Source: Bacteroidetes bacterium HGW-Bacteroidetes-6 (GTDB lineage Bacteria > Bacteroidota > Bacteroidia > Bacteroidales > DTU049). Taken from it: a stretch of DNA of 64,000 nt. Every line of letters begins with the position of its first letter. Positions within the stretch are counted from its first letter, which is position 1. The position numbers were made by a program, and so were the translations under genes. The notes under the pieces were generated by a model. It did not search any database. It had not been told where the DNA came from and saw only the letters and a program-made list of their open reading frames with translations. The stretch covers positions 4,210 through 68,209 of the forward strand of contig PHDB01000011.1 of the NCBI GenBank assembly GCA_002842495.1, in the 5' to 3' direction. Below are positions 33,183-42,393 of the stretch, in pieces.

Positions 33183-34163
33183 TTACCAATGATATCCATT
33201 AATATAATTATTCAGCTCGTCGATTGTCGATTCGAAATCGAAAGCGTCATTCACCATGTAAAAGTTGCCAATATCGTATGTGTGTCCATAGGCAAATTTT
33301 GCAAAATCGAGTCGGCTGTCTTCAAACGAAAAAAGCATCATAAGCTCTTTTACCTGACTACAAAGCATACAATTGGATGCAAGAACCTGTTTGGCTATAA
33401 TGAGTTTGCTGTCGTCGAACGATTTGGCTTGAATACTTGATTTGGCCTGCATAAATGCCCCCTGATCCATAGGCCATGGGCAACCAACGGGTCCGTTGTA
33501 ACCTTGCATCACATAATGCTCGGGTTGACGAGGTTGATCATATACCTCTTCGGTGTAGCCAACGGTTGTTGAAGTGGTCGTTGTTTCGGAGTAGGTGGTG
33601 GCAGAACTGGTGCCAGTTGTTCCTGCATTAACATTCATATTAATATTGGTTCCTCCCATGGGATCGTTAATTGAAATACCCATCGAAACACCTTCTCCAT
33701 TGACCGGCTGTGTAACGGTAGTTTGTGTGACTGTTGTTTGTGTTGCTACAGGTTGGGTTACAACCGTTTGTGTCTTTACCGATGGTGTTCCATACACAAT
33801 AACTTCCTGATTGGGAACAGGTGTGACAACTTGCGCAATAGGAGCTTCACTGAATGGGCGCAAAACATACTCGCCTTTGTTGTTTTTCTTAATGCTATAG
33901 GTGGTTTCCATCCCCGGGTTGTAGTAAATAGCTTTGTCGATTTGCGGAATAGCATCGTTGGCAAACATGATTTTTACCTTTACCGTATTGCCAATAATGT
34001 CAGTGACTTTTACATTGGTTTGGGCATCGTTGTTTTGTTGAACTCCATTGAGAACAAGCAAAAATTGCTCGCCTTGTTCGCTGAAGAAGACCAGATTCGA
34101 GTTTTGTGCCGAAAGGCCGGAAATGGCCAGCAGGAAAATGAAAAAATAGGAAAATCGTTTCAT
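33183..34163 (-). CDS. Secreted DUF4476-domain protein
   Basis: It has a signal peptide and a central TVTQ/VTQP low-complexity repeat. The C-terminal block (FMQAKSSIQAKSFDDSKLIIAKQVL...FSFEDSRLDFAKFAY) is typical of DUF4476. Confidence 0.6.
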   Translation of the reverse strand: MKRFSYFFIFLLAISGLSAQNSNLVFFSEQGEQFLLVLNGVQQNNDAQTNVKVTDIIGNTVKVKIMFANDAIPQIDKAIYYNPGMETTYSIKKNNKGEYVLRPFSEAPIAQVVTPVPNQEVIVYGTPSVKTQTVVTQPVATQTTVTQTTVTQPVNGEGVSMGISINDPMGGTNINMNVNAGTTGTSSATTYSETTTTSTTVGYTEEVYDQPRQPEHYVMQGYNGPVGCPWPMDQGAFMQAKSSIQAKSFDDSKLIIAKQVLASNCMLCSQVKELMMLFSFEDSRLDFAKFAYGHTYDIGNFYMVNDAFDFESTIDELNNYINGYHW

Positions 34164-34399
34164 AACAATCGTTTTAATGGTTAATTTCTAAGACCCCGAA
34201 TTCGGAAAATGCCAAAATTTTACGCTTGAAATCACAATAAAGGTAGTGAAAATTGTTTTCATTAAACGAAAATTGTAGAATTGTGACATTTTGAATTTCA
34301 TTGTTTTATTTAGGTTCTATCCAATTCGGATTTTGAACCGGCGCAGATATTCAAATTGAATGCCATAATTTAGAACTTGGCTGTTTGCGCTAAAAATTG

Positions 34400-34407
34400 T
34401 AGGTTTG
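34400..34407 (+). promoter_or_regulatory. -7 promoter box TAGGTTTG
   Basis: It matches TAnnTTTG and ends 32 bp upstream of the ATG at 34439. Confidence 0.35.
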
Positions 34408-34438
34408 CAATCTGAATTATATTGAAAAATTGCGGAGT

Positions 34439-35746
34439 ATGAAAAAGACAATTGCTATTCGTCACGAAAACAAGTATGAGATGGAACGTCGGGTACCTAT
34501 TATTCCCGATCATGTGAGTAATTTGGTATCAGCAGGCTACGAGATTCATGTTCAGTCGTCTGCGAAGAGAGTATTTTCCGATAACGAATACCGCGACGCT
34601 GGCGCAATTGTAAATAACGACATTTCGGATGCCGATATTATTTTTGGTGTTAAGGAAATCCCGATGCAGGATTTGATGAAGGACAAGACCTACATGTTTT
34701 TTTCGCATGTAATAAAAGGTCAGCACTACAATATGCCTATGTTGAAACATCTTATGTCGTTGGGATGCAACCTGATTGATTATGAAAAAGTGACTGATGA
34801 ATTTGGAAAGCGTGTTATTTTCTTTGGAAAATATGCTGGCTTGGCCGGAATGATTAATACATTATGGTCAGTGGGGCAGCGTTATCTTCAATTGGGAGTT
34901 GAAACACCATTTCTTAATTTAAAACAAGCGGTGAAGTACCATTCGCTTGCCGAAGCCCGACAGGCGATTAGTGAAGTGGGTAATGAAATTATTAAAAATG
35001 GTTTACCCAAAGAACTTACTCCTTTTACCGTTGGTATTACTGGTTACGGCAATGTATCGATGGGTGCACAGGATATTTTGCATCTTTTGCCTGTAAAAGA
35101 AATTTTCCCGGAAGATTTACTGAAAATGACAAACGAAGATATTTCGAATGGTCATATAGTGTATAAAGTAGTATTTCACGAAGAAGACATGGTTCAGCAT
35201 ATCGAAGGCAATAAAGCATTCGACTTGCGCGATTATTATCAAAATCCGTCAAATTATTCCAGCAAATTTAATAGCTATCTGCCTAAGCTTAGTGTTTTGG
35301 TTCATGGCTCCTATTGGGACGAAAAATATCCAAGAATTGTAACCAAAAACGAAATTGCAGAGTTGTATGCTGCAGGCAATCCAAAACTGGTTGTAGTTGG
35401 CGATATTTCATGCGATCCTGATGGTGGAGTTGAGTTTACCCACAAGGGAACCGAAATCAATGATCCGGTTTTTGTTTATAATCCTGTTACAGCCGAACCA
35501 ACGATGGGATTTGCTGGTGACGGAATCCTAGTCATGTCGGTCGATATTTTGCCAAGCGAACTTCCCCGTGATGCCTCAAAAGGTTTTTCGGATGCACTTC
35601 GCCCGTTTGTTCAAGCCATTGCCGATTGCGATTATCATGTGAGTTACGACGAATTGGAACTGCCTGCTGCCGTTAAGCGGGCATTAATTCTTCATAACGG
35701 TAAACTTACCAAGCCATACGAGTATATTTCGAATTTCCTTAGATGA
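34439..35746 (+). CDS. Saccharopine dehydrogenase / lysine-ketoglutarate-reductase-like enzyme (AlaDH/PNT fold)
   Basis: The N-terminus IAIRHENKYEMERRVPIIPDHVSNLVSAGYEIHVQSSAKRVFSDNEYRDAGA matches the LKR/SDH pattern GIRRE..WERR.PL.P.HV. A Rossmann segment VGITGYGNVSMGA is present. Confidence 0.7.
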   Translation: MKKTIAIRHENKYEMERRVPIIPDHVSNLVSAGYEIHVQSSAKRVFSDNEYRDAGAIVNNDISDADIIFGVKEIPMQDLMKDKTYMFFSHVIKGQHYNMPMLKHLMSLGCNLIDYEKVTDEFGKRVIFFGKYAGLAGMINTLWSVGQRYLQLGVETPFLNLKQAVKYHSLAEARQAISEVGNEIIKNGLPKELTPFTVGITGYGNVSMGAQDILHLLPVKEIFPEDLLKMTNEDISNGHIVYKVVFHEEDMVQHIEGNKAFDLRDYYQNPSNYSSKFNSYLPKLSVLVHGSYWDEKYPRIVTKNEIAELYAAGNPKLVVVGDISCDPDGGVEFTHKGTEINDPVFVYNPVTAEPTMGFAGDGILVMSVDILPSELPRDASKGFSDALRPFVQAIADCDYHVSYDELELPAAVKRALILHNGKLTKPYEYISNFLR

Positions 35747-36267
35747 AATCGGTTGCAAAGCGATTTGTGAGTGTGATTGGTCCCAGCTATTGCAATGTTG
35801 GTGATCCTGCTTATGTTTTTGCTCGCGAGCTGGGGCGGCAATTGGTCAATCACAACTTTGTTATTTACTCTGGTGGCCGTAGAGGTATTATGGAAGCTGT
35901 TTTTCGGGGCGCTCGCGAATCGGAAAACTATTTTTTTGGAGCAACAGTGGGAATCCTACCTGATAGTAATCGTACTTCGGCAAATCGTTATACCGATATT
36001 GCAATTCCTACAGGCATTGGGTTTGCCCGAAATAGTATCGTTGCTCAAAGCGGAGAAGTAGTTATTGCTTTGGGCGGAGGTTCCGGAACTTTGTCAGAAT
36101 TGGCTTATGCCTGGCAGTTTGGAAAGAAAATCATTGCAGTAAATGCTTTTAATGGCTGGTCGAAAAACTTAGCCGGAACTGCTCTCGACAAACGTCGCCG
36201 CGATTCCATTATCGAAGCTTCATCGGTCGAAGAAGTGATTGAAACCCTGTTATCGCTTTCCAAATAA
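35743..36267 (+). CDS. TIGR00725 / LOG-family (SLOG) Rossmann-fold protein
   Basis: It has the LOG-family motifs SGGRRGIMEA and GGGSGTLSELAYA. It overlaps the preceding gene by 4 bp (ATGA). Confidence 0.7.
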   Translation: MKSVAKRFVSVIGPSYCNVGDPAYVFARELGRQLVNHNFVIYSGGRRGIMEAVFRGARESENYFFGATVGILPDSNRTSANRYTDIAIPTGIGFARNSIVAQSGEVVIALGGGSGTLSELAYAWQFGKKIIAVNAFNGWSKNLAGTALDKRRRDSIIEASSVEEVIETLLSLSK

Positions 36268-36271
36268 AATA

Positions 36272-36300
36272 AAAAAAGCTGCCCTTTTTGAGCAGCTTTT
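36272..36300. terminator. Bidirectional terminator between convergent genes
   Basis: A 9-bp stem AAAAGCTGC / GCAGCTTTT with A and T flanks lies between the stops at 36267 (+) and 36318 (-). Confidence 0.65.
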
Positions 36301-36317
36301 CAATGAGTTGATATCGA

Positions 36318-37541
36318 TTAAACCATTTCCAGAATCGATTTTTTGATAATTTCAATTGCTTCGTGCAATTGTCCTTCGGTGATAACCAAAGGAGGAGCAA
36401 AACGAATAATATGACCATGGGTTGGTTTTGCAATTAAGCCATTTTCAGCCATCTTGAGACAAACATCCCATGCTTCTTTTCCATTGGTAGGTTTAATAAT
36501 CACAGCATTGAGCAATCCTTTTCCTCGTACGAGTTCAATCATTGGACTGTCGATTTTACGGATCTCTTCGCGAAAGATATTACCCAGCTTTTCGGCGCGT
36601 TCAATCAGATTTTCGTCCTGAACAACATCTAGAGCAGCAATAGCTACACGTGCGGCAATTGGATTTCCGCCAAATGTCGATCCATGTTCGCCCGGTTTAA
36701 TGGTGAGCATGATTTCGTCGTTGGCAAGAACTGCCGATACGGGAAATACACCACCACCCAGGGCTTTACCTAAAATGATAATGTCGGGCTTGATGTCTTC
36801 GTGATTAACAGCAAGCAATCTGCCTGTACGTGCAATGCCTGTTTGTACTTCGTCGGCAATAAATAAAACGTTGCTGGCTTTACAAGCGTCGAAAGCTTTT
36901 TTCAAGTAACCTTCTTCTGGTACATAAACACCAGCTTCTCCTTGAATAGGTTCAACTAGGAAACCAGCTACATTAGGATCTTTTAAAGCTTCTTCGAGGG
37001 CAGGAATGTCGTTGTAGGGAATACGAACAAATCCTGGAGTGAAGGGGCCATAATCGGTATATGCACTTGGATCGTCAGAAAAACTAACAATAGTGGTCGT
37101 ACGGCCATGAAAATTGCCTTCGCAAACAATGATTTTTGCATCGTATTGAGGAATGCCTTTTACCATGTATGCCCACTTGCGGGTAAGTTTGAGGGCTGTT
37201 TCTACAGCTTCGGCACCGGTGTTCATCGGAAGAACTTTATCGTAGCCAAAGAATTCGGTTACATATTTCTCAAAAACACCAAGCGAATCGTTGTAAAATG
37301 CACGTGATGTGAGAGTGAGTTTACGAGCCTGGTCAACCATTGCTCCAACAATGCGTGGATGGCAATGGCCTTGGTTTACAGCTGAATAAGCTGAGAGAAA
37401 ATCAAAATATTTTTTACCTTCCACATCCCATACGTAAACACCTTCGCCACGTTCCAGGACAACGGGAAGCGGATGATAATTGTGGGCACCGTGATGGTGT
37501 TCCAATTCCATGAGTTGCTCTGATGAAAGACGTTCTGCCAT
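36318..37541 (-). CDS. rocD: Ornithine--oxo-acid aminotransferase
   Basis: The class III aminotransferase layout carries OAT-typical blocks: [52 protein letters not shown] and STFGGNP. Confidence 0.9.
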   Translation of the reverse strand: MAERLSSEQLMELEHHHGAHNYHPLPVVLERGEGVYVWDVEGKKYFDFLSAYSAVNQGHCHPRIVGAMVDQARKLTLTSRAFYNDSLGVFEKYVTEFFGYDKVLPMNTGAEAVETALKLTRKWAYMVKGIPQYDAKIIVCEGNFHGRTTTIVSFSDDPSAYTDYGPFTPGFVRIPYNDIPALEEALKDPNVAGFLVEPIQGEAGVYVPEEGYLKKAFDACKASNVLFIADEVQTGIARTGRLLAVNHEDIKPDIIILGKALGGGVFPVSAVLANDEIMLTIKPGEHGSTFGGNPIAARVAIAALDVVQDENLIERAEKLGNIFREEIRKIDSPMIELVRGKGLLNAVIIKPTNGKEAWDVCLKMAENGLIAKPTHGHIIRFAPPLVITEGQLHEAIEIIKKSILEMV

Positions 37542-37576
37542 ACTTAATTCTCCTTATTTTGTTTAATAATTTGAGG

Positions 37577-37584
37577 CAAAGATA
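37577..37584 (-). promoter_or_regulatory. -7 promoter box TATCTTTG (minus strand)
   Basis: It matches TAnnTTTG and lies 36 bp upstream of the rocD start at 37541. Confidence 0.3.
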
Positions 37585-37744
37585 ATAAATGTTGCATACC
37601 GAAATAAAAATGGGTGAAACAAATTTCTTATGTATATGGAAATGCCTGCAATATGGATAAACCAGGCAAATCAATAAACAACCAGGTAATAGAATGCAAC
37701 AATGAGATATCCCGGTTAAATGTGAGAATTAAGAATAGAGTTGT

Positions 37745-38164
37745 TTACTTACAAAACTTTGTTTCCTCACGAATGGTCTTAATTCCTAGCTTTTCAGCGG
37801 TAAGCCAGTCGCTGCAGGCTGCATCGTGATCGCCTCGTTCTTTGAAAATCCGACCTCTGTTGATGTAGGCTTGCCCATAGGTGGAATCGGTTTCAATAGC
37901 TTTGCAGTAATTCTCAAATGCCTTATCAACGTCTTTCAGACCAAACCATGCGTTTCCTATATAATACCATGTTTCTGGGTCTTTGTCGTTGTATTCCAAC
38001 GATTTTTCAAATTTTTCAATGGCTGGATTGAACTTGTTTTGGTACATCAAAGCAATACCTTCCTGTTTCAGATCGATAGCTTTTCGCTTTGGATTTTCGC
38101 ACGATGCAAACACGGTTAATACTATAATGGCAAAAATGGCAATACAATTTCTCATCTTTTTCAA
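37745..38164 (-). CDS. Small TPR-repeat lipoprotein
   Basis: The lipobox is VFASC/ENP, and three TPR-like units are present (WYYIGNAWF.., AFENYCKAI.., AYINRGRIF..). Confidence 0.7.
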   Translation of the reverse strand: MKKMRNCIAIFAIIVLTVFASCENPKRKAIDLKQEGIALMYQNKFNPAIEKFEKSLEYNDKDPETWYYIGNAWFGLKDVDKAFENYCKAIETDSTYGQAYINRGRIFKERGDHDAACSDWLTAEKLGIKTIREETKFCK

Positions 38165-38170
38165 AATATT

Positions 38171-39277
38171 TTAGTTGCCTAAGCTTGTTGTAATTGTAAT
38201 ATAAACGCCGGTGAGAATATTGTCCTCGGCTTGAATTCCTGTCGCAATAACATGCGGCCCATTCGACGAAATAAGGCCGGTATAACGAATAAATTCGCTG
38301 CGGTAATTCACGGTCCATGTGTTTCCACTATCAACCGTTCGCAATATGCAGCCTGTCATGGCATCGAAAGAATCACCACAATTAACAGCCGGAAGACAAC
38401 TCACAACAGCAAAACCATTTTGTGAGTCGAGAAAATGAATCTCTTTAATTTCGGCCAATGTCGCGTTGCTGTATTGCTGTGTTAGTAGGAATACCTGCGA
38501 CCAATTATTCCCCAAATCTGTACTGCGAAGTATCGACCCCGATGTGCAACCGGCAAGCCAACTTCCATCGGGTGCGCGAAATAAGGTATTGGGTGTGTTT
38601 GTGGCGGTATAGAGCAAACTCCACGACGATCCCATGTTGCTCGAGACCATAATGTCGCTTCCAAATGCACCTATCAGCATGCTGTCGTTGTAAATAGCGA
38701 TACTCGTGGCAATTTCTGTTGATGCAATAGTCCAGGTGGTGCCGGCATCGGTGGTTCTGCGAATTCCATCAGAGCCATAAGCCAATATTGTATCGCCCGA
38801 AATCTGTATCAATTTGTCAGGGTTGCCAACAATTGTATGCCAATCCCAGCTTCGCCCATACTGATATCCATCACCCCATTGAGTCTCTCCCAAATAGTAA
38901 CGTAAACCATAACACTTTTCACCATCCTGAATTGAGGATTTGAATAATCCGTTTATCGATGAGCTTTGTAGCCACGAAATTCCGCTCGTATAGGATGTGG
39001 CAATGATGCTGTATGGAATGTTTTGGTATAAATTCACTCCAACGGTGACTGTATCGCCACTGTTGTATAGTATTTTTGTTTCGGCCTGCGAGAACATACC
39101 TGGCAAACTCGATGGTAAATCAGATGGAGGTCGCTGAAGTAAAAATCTCTTCGTCCAGTTGCTCTGATTTTCATCAAGTCTGAATTCACTGGTAGGACCC
39201 GGAGGATCGTCGGGGTTACAGGCAACAATTGCTATTGAAACCACCAGACACAACATCAGTAATTTTTGAATTTTCAT
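38171..39277 (-). CDS. Lipoprotein with BNR/Asp-box repeats (beta-propeller, Ycf48-like)
   Basis: The lipobox is AIVAC/NPDD. S/T-x-D-x-G-x-x-W Asp-boxes recur: TTDAGTTW, SSNMGSSW, STDLGNNW and TVDSGNTW. Confidence 0.65.
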   Translation of the reverse strand: MKIQKLLMLCLVVSIAIVACNPDDPPGPTSEFRLDENQSNWTKRFLLQRPPSDLPSSLPGMFSQAETKILYNSGDTVTVGVNLYQNIPYSIIATSYTSGISWLQSSSINGLFKSSIQDGEKCYGLRYYLGETQWGDGYQYGRSWDWHTIVGNPDKLIQISGDTILAYGSDGIRRTTDAGTTWTIASTEIATSIAIYNDSMLIGAFGSDIMVSSNMGSSWSLLYTATNTPNTLFRAPDGSWLAGCTSGSILRSTDLGNNWSQVFLLTQQYSNATLAEIKEIHFLDSQNGFAVVSCLPAVNCGDSFDAMTGCILRTVDSGNTWTVNYRSEFIRYTGLISSNGPHVIATGIQAEDNILTGVYITITTSLGN

Positions 39278-40617
39278 TATTGAAAATGATTAATGATTTC
39301 TTTGATTTTTTTAGTCTTTTCTTGAAGTAACAACTGGTTTTGGGCTTCAACCAACAACCGGAGATAAGGTTCGGTATTCGATGGCCGGATATTGAACCAC
39401 CAATCGGTATATTCAACACGGTAGCCATCGAAATCGAGGAAAAGAGTGGGCGATTGTTGTGCGAAAAAATAATCTTTTACAGCATCCATCGCTTCCTGTT
39501 TCTGTGCAATGCGGAAATTGATTTCGCCCGAATTTTCGTATTTGCAAATGCGACCTATAACGTCAGATGCTTTCAATCCTTCTCTTTTGAAACGGGAGAA
39601 TAGATTAGTAATCAGAATTGACGCCAATATGCCTGAATCACTATAATAGAAATCTCTGAAGTAGTAATGGCCGGCAAGTTCACCACCAAAGATTCCGTTT
39701 ATTTCGCGAAGTTTGTTTGCAGCATAAGCCCTTCCTACTCGCCAGATTTCCATTTTGGCACCCATTGGAACCAAATATTCTGCAACCGACTTCGATGTAC
39801 GGATGTCCTGAATAACTTTGCCTTTCAACCCTTTTTCTTCCAAAAAATAATGTCCCAGCAACGCGATGAGCAGATCAGGAGGAATAAATTTCCCATTTTC
39901 GTCAACAAACATTACCCGATCGGCATCACCATCGAATATAATACCCAAATCTGAACGATGTTCGTGAACGGCTGCCTGAAGCTGAATCAGGTTTTTCATG
40001 TCAAGTGGGTTAGGCTCGTGGTTCGGAAAACGGCCATCTGGTTTGTCAAACAGATAAACAGGAGCTGAGCCGAATATATCTTTGACCAACAGAGACGACA
40101 TTCCATTGCTGCAGTCGATTGCCAAATCGAGATTGCTGAAATCGGCAGTCCATGATTTCATGAAGGTAATATAATCGTTCATGAAATCAAGATTTTTAAT
40201 GATACCTTTGTTACCCGTGGGTTGAGGTGCTGTTTTTATCAATTGTTCGAGTTGATTCAATCCATTGTCAAAGCCAACCGGAACGGCATTGGCAGCCGAA
40301 ATTTTCAGTCCGTTGTATTCGGCCGGATTGTGACTGGCAGTGATCATCACCGAGGCTTCGAACTCAAAACGGGCTGTACCCCAGTAAACCATGGGAGTGG
40401 TTGTAAAACCAGCATCGGAAACAGTACAGCCGGCATCAGTAAGTCCTTTTAGTAGTTGCTGATGTATTTCGGGCGACGATTCACGAACATCGCGGCCAAT
40501 CAAAAATCGTTTTGCATTGAGAACTTCGGGTAGATAAAACCCCATCCTGTAAACATCATCTTTGTTAAAATCTTTTCCGTAAATTCCACGGATATCGTAT
40601 GCGTGAAATGCTCCCAT
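39277..40617 (-). CDS. Phosphomannomutase/phosphoglucomutase (alpha-D-phosphohexomutase family)
   Basis: It has the active-site loop TASHNPAEYNG, the metal loop FDGDADR and the sugar loop GGELAGH. It overlaps the next gene by 1 nt (TAATG). Confidence 0.85.
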   Translation of the reverse strand: MGAFHAYDIRGIYGKDFNKDDVYRMGFYLPEVLNAKRFLIGRDVRESSPEIHQQLLKGLTDAGCTVSDAGFTTTPMVYWGTARFEFEASVMITASHNPAEYNGLKISAANAVPVGFDNGLNQLEQLIKTAPQPTGNKGIIKNLDFMNDYITFMKSWTADFSNLDLAIDCSNGMSSLLVKDIFGSAPVYLFDKPDGRFPNHEPNPLDMKNLIQLQAAVHEHRSDLGIIFDGDADRVMFVDENGKFIPPDLLIALLGHYFLEEKGLKGKVIQDIRTSKSVAEYLVPMGAKMEIWRVGRAYAANKLREINGIFGGELAGHYYFRDFYYSDSGILASILITNLFSRFKREGLKASDVIGRICKYENSGEINFRIAQKQEAMDAVKDYFFAQQSPTLFLDFDGYRVEYTDWWFNIRPSNTEPYLRLLVEAQNQLLLQEKTKKIKEIINHFQ

Positions 40618-40630
40618 ACTTTTTTTTCAT

Positions 40631-40638
40631 CAAAGATA
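40631..40638 (-). promoter_or_regulatory. -7 promoter box TATCTTTG (minus strand)
   Basis: It matches TAnnTTTG but lies only 14 bp upstream of the start at 40617, which implies a very short leader. Confidence 0.25.
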
Positions 40639-40824
40639 GCGAATTTTTTTTCAGATTGTTTGATGGGTGGAATAAAATCTTGTACGCCCGGGGTTTGTGT
40701 CTTCTAAAAACGGAATGTTTTTTTACGGTAGTCTCCGTTGAAGATATGATTTTTAACTGAAACAATTGATAAATAGTATGTTATTGGTTGCTTTTTGCCA
40801 GATTTTTTAAAAACCTTATCTTTG

Positions 40825-40832
40825 TAACTTTG
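40825..40832 (+). promoter_or_regulatory. -7 promoter box TAACTTTG
   Basis: It matches TAnnTTTG and ends 17 bp upstream of the ATG at 40849. Confidence 0.35.
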
Positions 40833-40848
40833 TACCTAATCAATATTT

Positions 40849-42384
40849 ATGAATCAGAAGGAAGCTTTTGAAAACAGGTTAAATTCGTTGCGACAAACCG
40901 AAGAAAATGCAGTTCAGAAGCAACACCTGAAAGGTAAACTCACTGCGCGTGAGCGATTAAATATTCTTTTCGACGAAGGGTCATTCTTCGAAATCGGTGC
41001 TTTCGTCGAGCCTTATCAAACCACTATTGCCGATAAAAAGACTGCTTTTGGTGATGGTGTGGTTGCTGGTCGCGGTCTTGTGCAGGGGCGTTCGGTATTT
41101 GCTTTTGCGCAGGATTTTACTGTTTCGGGTGGTTCGCTTGGATTTGCCCACGGCAACAAAATTGCACAGGTTCAGGACATGGCTTTCAAACTTGGAGCAC
41201 CAATTGTTGGACTTATCGACTCGGGTGGAGCACGCATTCAGGAAGGTGTTCGAAGCCTTTCAGCCTATGCCACTATTTTTCGAAACAATGTTCGCTCGTC
41301 GGGTATTATTCCACAAATCAGTGTGATATTAGGTCCTGCTGCAGGTGGAGCGGTGTATTCGCCGGCTTTGACCGATTTTGTTTTTATGACCGATAAAACC
41401 TCGTTTATGTTTGTTACCGGCCCCGATGTGATAAAAGAAGTGCTTAACGAAGATGTCGACATGGAAGGTTTGGGAGGTGGAAATGTTCATGCATCGAAAA
41501 GTGGGGTGGCCCATTTTGTTTACGACGATGAGGAACATGCTATTTTAGCAGTACGCAAGTTACTAGCATATTTGCCTTCAAACAATTTCGAACCTCTGCC
41601 ATTGTCAACCAATGTTCAGTTTTATGAAGGCCGGCAGGAATATCTCGACAGGATTATACCCGACGATGCCAATCGTCCATACGATGTGAAAGAGGTCATT
41701 CAGATTCTGCTCGATAAAGATACTTTTTTTGAGGTACACGAAAAATTTGCTGCCAATATAATGGTTGGTTTTGGCCGGTTGAACGGCAAAACCATTGGTG
41801 TGGTTGCTAATCAGCCCAAAGTGCTTGCAGGAACGCTTGATATCAATGCTAGTCTGAAAGGTGCCCGATTTGTCCGTTTTTGCGATGCCTACAATATTCC
41901 CTTGTTGATTCTGGAAGATGTGCCTGGGTTTTTGCCGGGTGTCGATCAGGAACATAGTGGCATTATTAAACATGGGGCTAAATTGCTTTTTGCTTTTTGC
42001 GAAGCTACAGTGCCAAAAATTACAGTTATTTTACGTAAATCGTATGGTGGCGCCTATATTGTGATGAGTAGCAAAAATACAGGAGGCGATTTTAATTTTG
42101 CCTGGCCTACGGCCGAAATAGCTGTAATGGGTCCTGCCGGAGCTGTAAAAATTGTTCACCGAAGTGAATTGTCCAAGGCCGAAAACAGAGAAGAACTTGA
42201 AAAGGCACTTATTGATAAGTACAAAAATGATATCGCTAATCCGTTTCGTGCCGAGGAACTCGGACTTATCGACGAAGTTATCAAACCCTCCGATACCAGA
42301 AATATTCTTATAACAGCATTCGATATATTATCGAACAAGCAGTATTCTCCATTGTCGAAAAAACATGGGAATATTCCACTTTAA
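40849..42384 (+). CDS. Acyl-CoA carboxylase carboxyltransferase subunit (propionyl-CoA carboxylase beta / methylmalonyl-CoA carboxyltransferase family)
   Basis: It shows full-length similarity to the carboxyltransferase pattern: KGKLTARERL, DFTVSGGSLG, GGARIQEG, GPAAGGAVYSPALTDF and RKSYGGAYIVM. Confidence 0.9.
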   Translation: MNQKEAFENRLNSLRQTEENAVQKQHLKGKLTARERLNILFDEGSFFEIGAFVEPYQTTIADKKTAFGDGVVAGRGLVQGRSVFAFAQDFTVSGGSLGFAHGNKIAQVQDMAFKLGAPIVGLIDSGGARIQEGVRSLSAYATIFRNNVRSSGIIPQISVILGPAAGGAVYSPALTDFVFMTDKTSFMFVTGPDVIKEVLNEDVDMEGLGGGNVHASKSGVAHFVYDDEEHAILAVRKLLAYLPSNNFEPLPLSTNVQFYEGRQEYLDRIIPDDANRPYDVKEVIQILLDKDTFFEVHEKFAANIMVGFGRLNGKTIGVVANQPKVLAGTLDINASLKGARFVRFCDAYNIPLLILEDVPGFLPGVDQEHSGIIKHGAKLLFAFCEATVPKITVILRKSYGGAYIVMSSKNTGGDFNFAWPTAEIAVMGPAGAVKIVHRSELSKAENREELEKALIDKYKNDIANPFRAEELGLIDEVIKPSDTRNILITAFDILSNKQYSPLSKKHGNIPL

Positions 42385-42393
42385 ATTTTTTGC

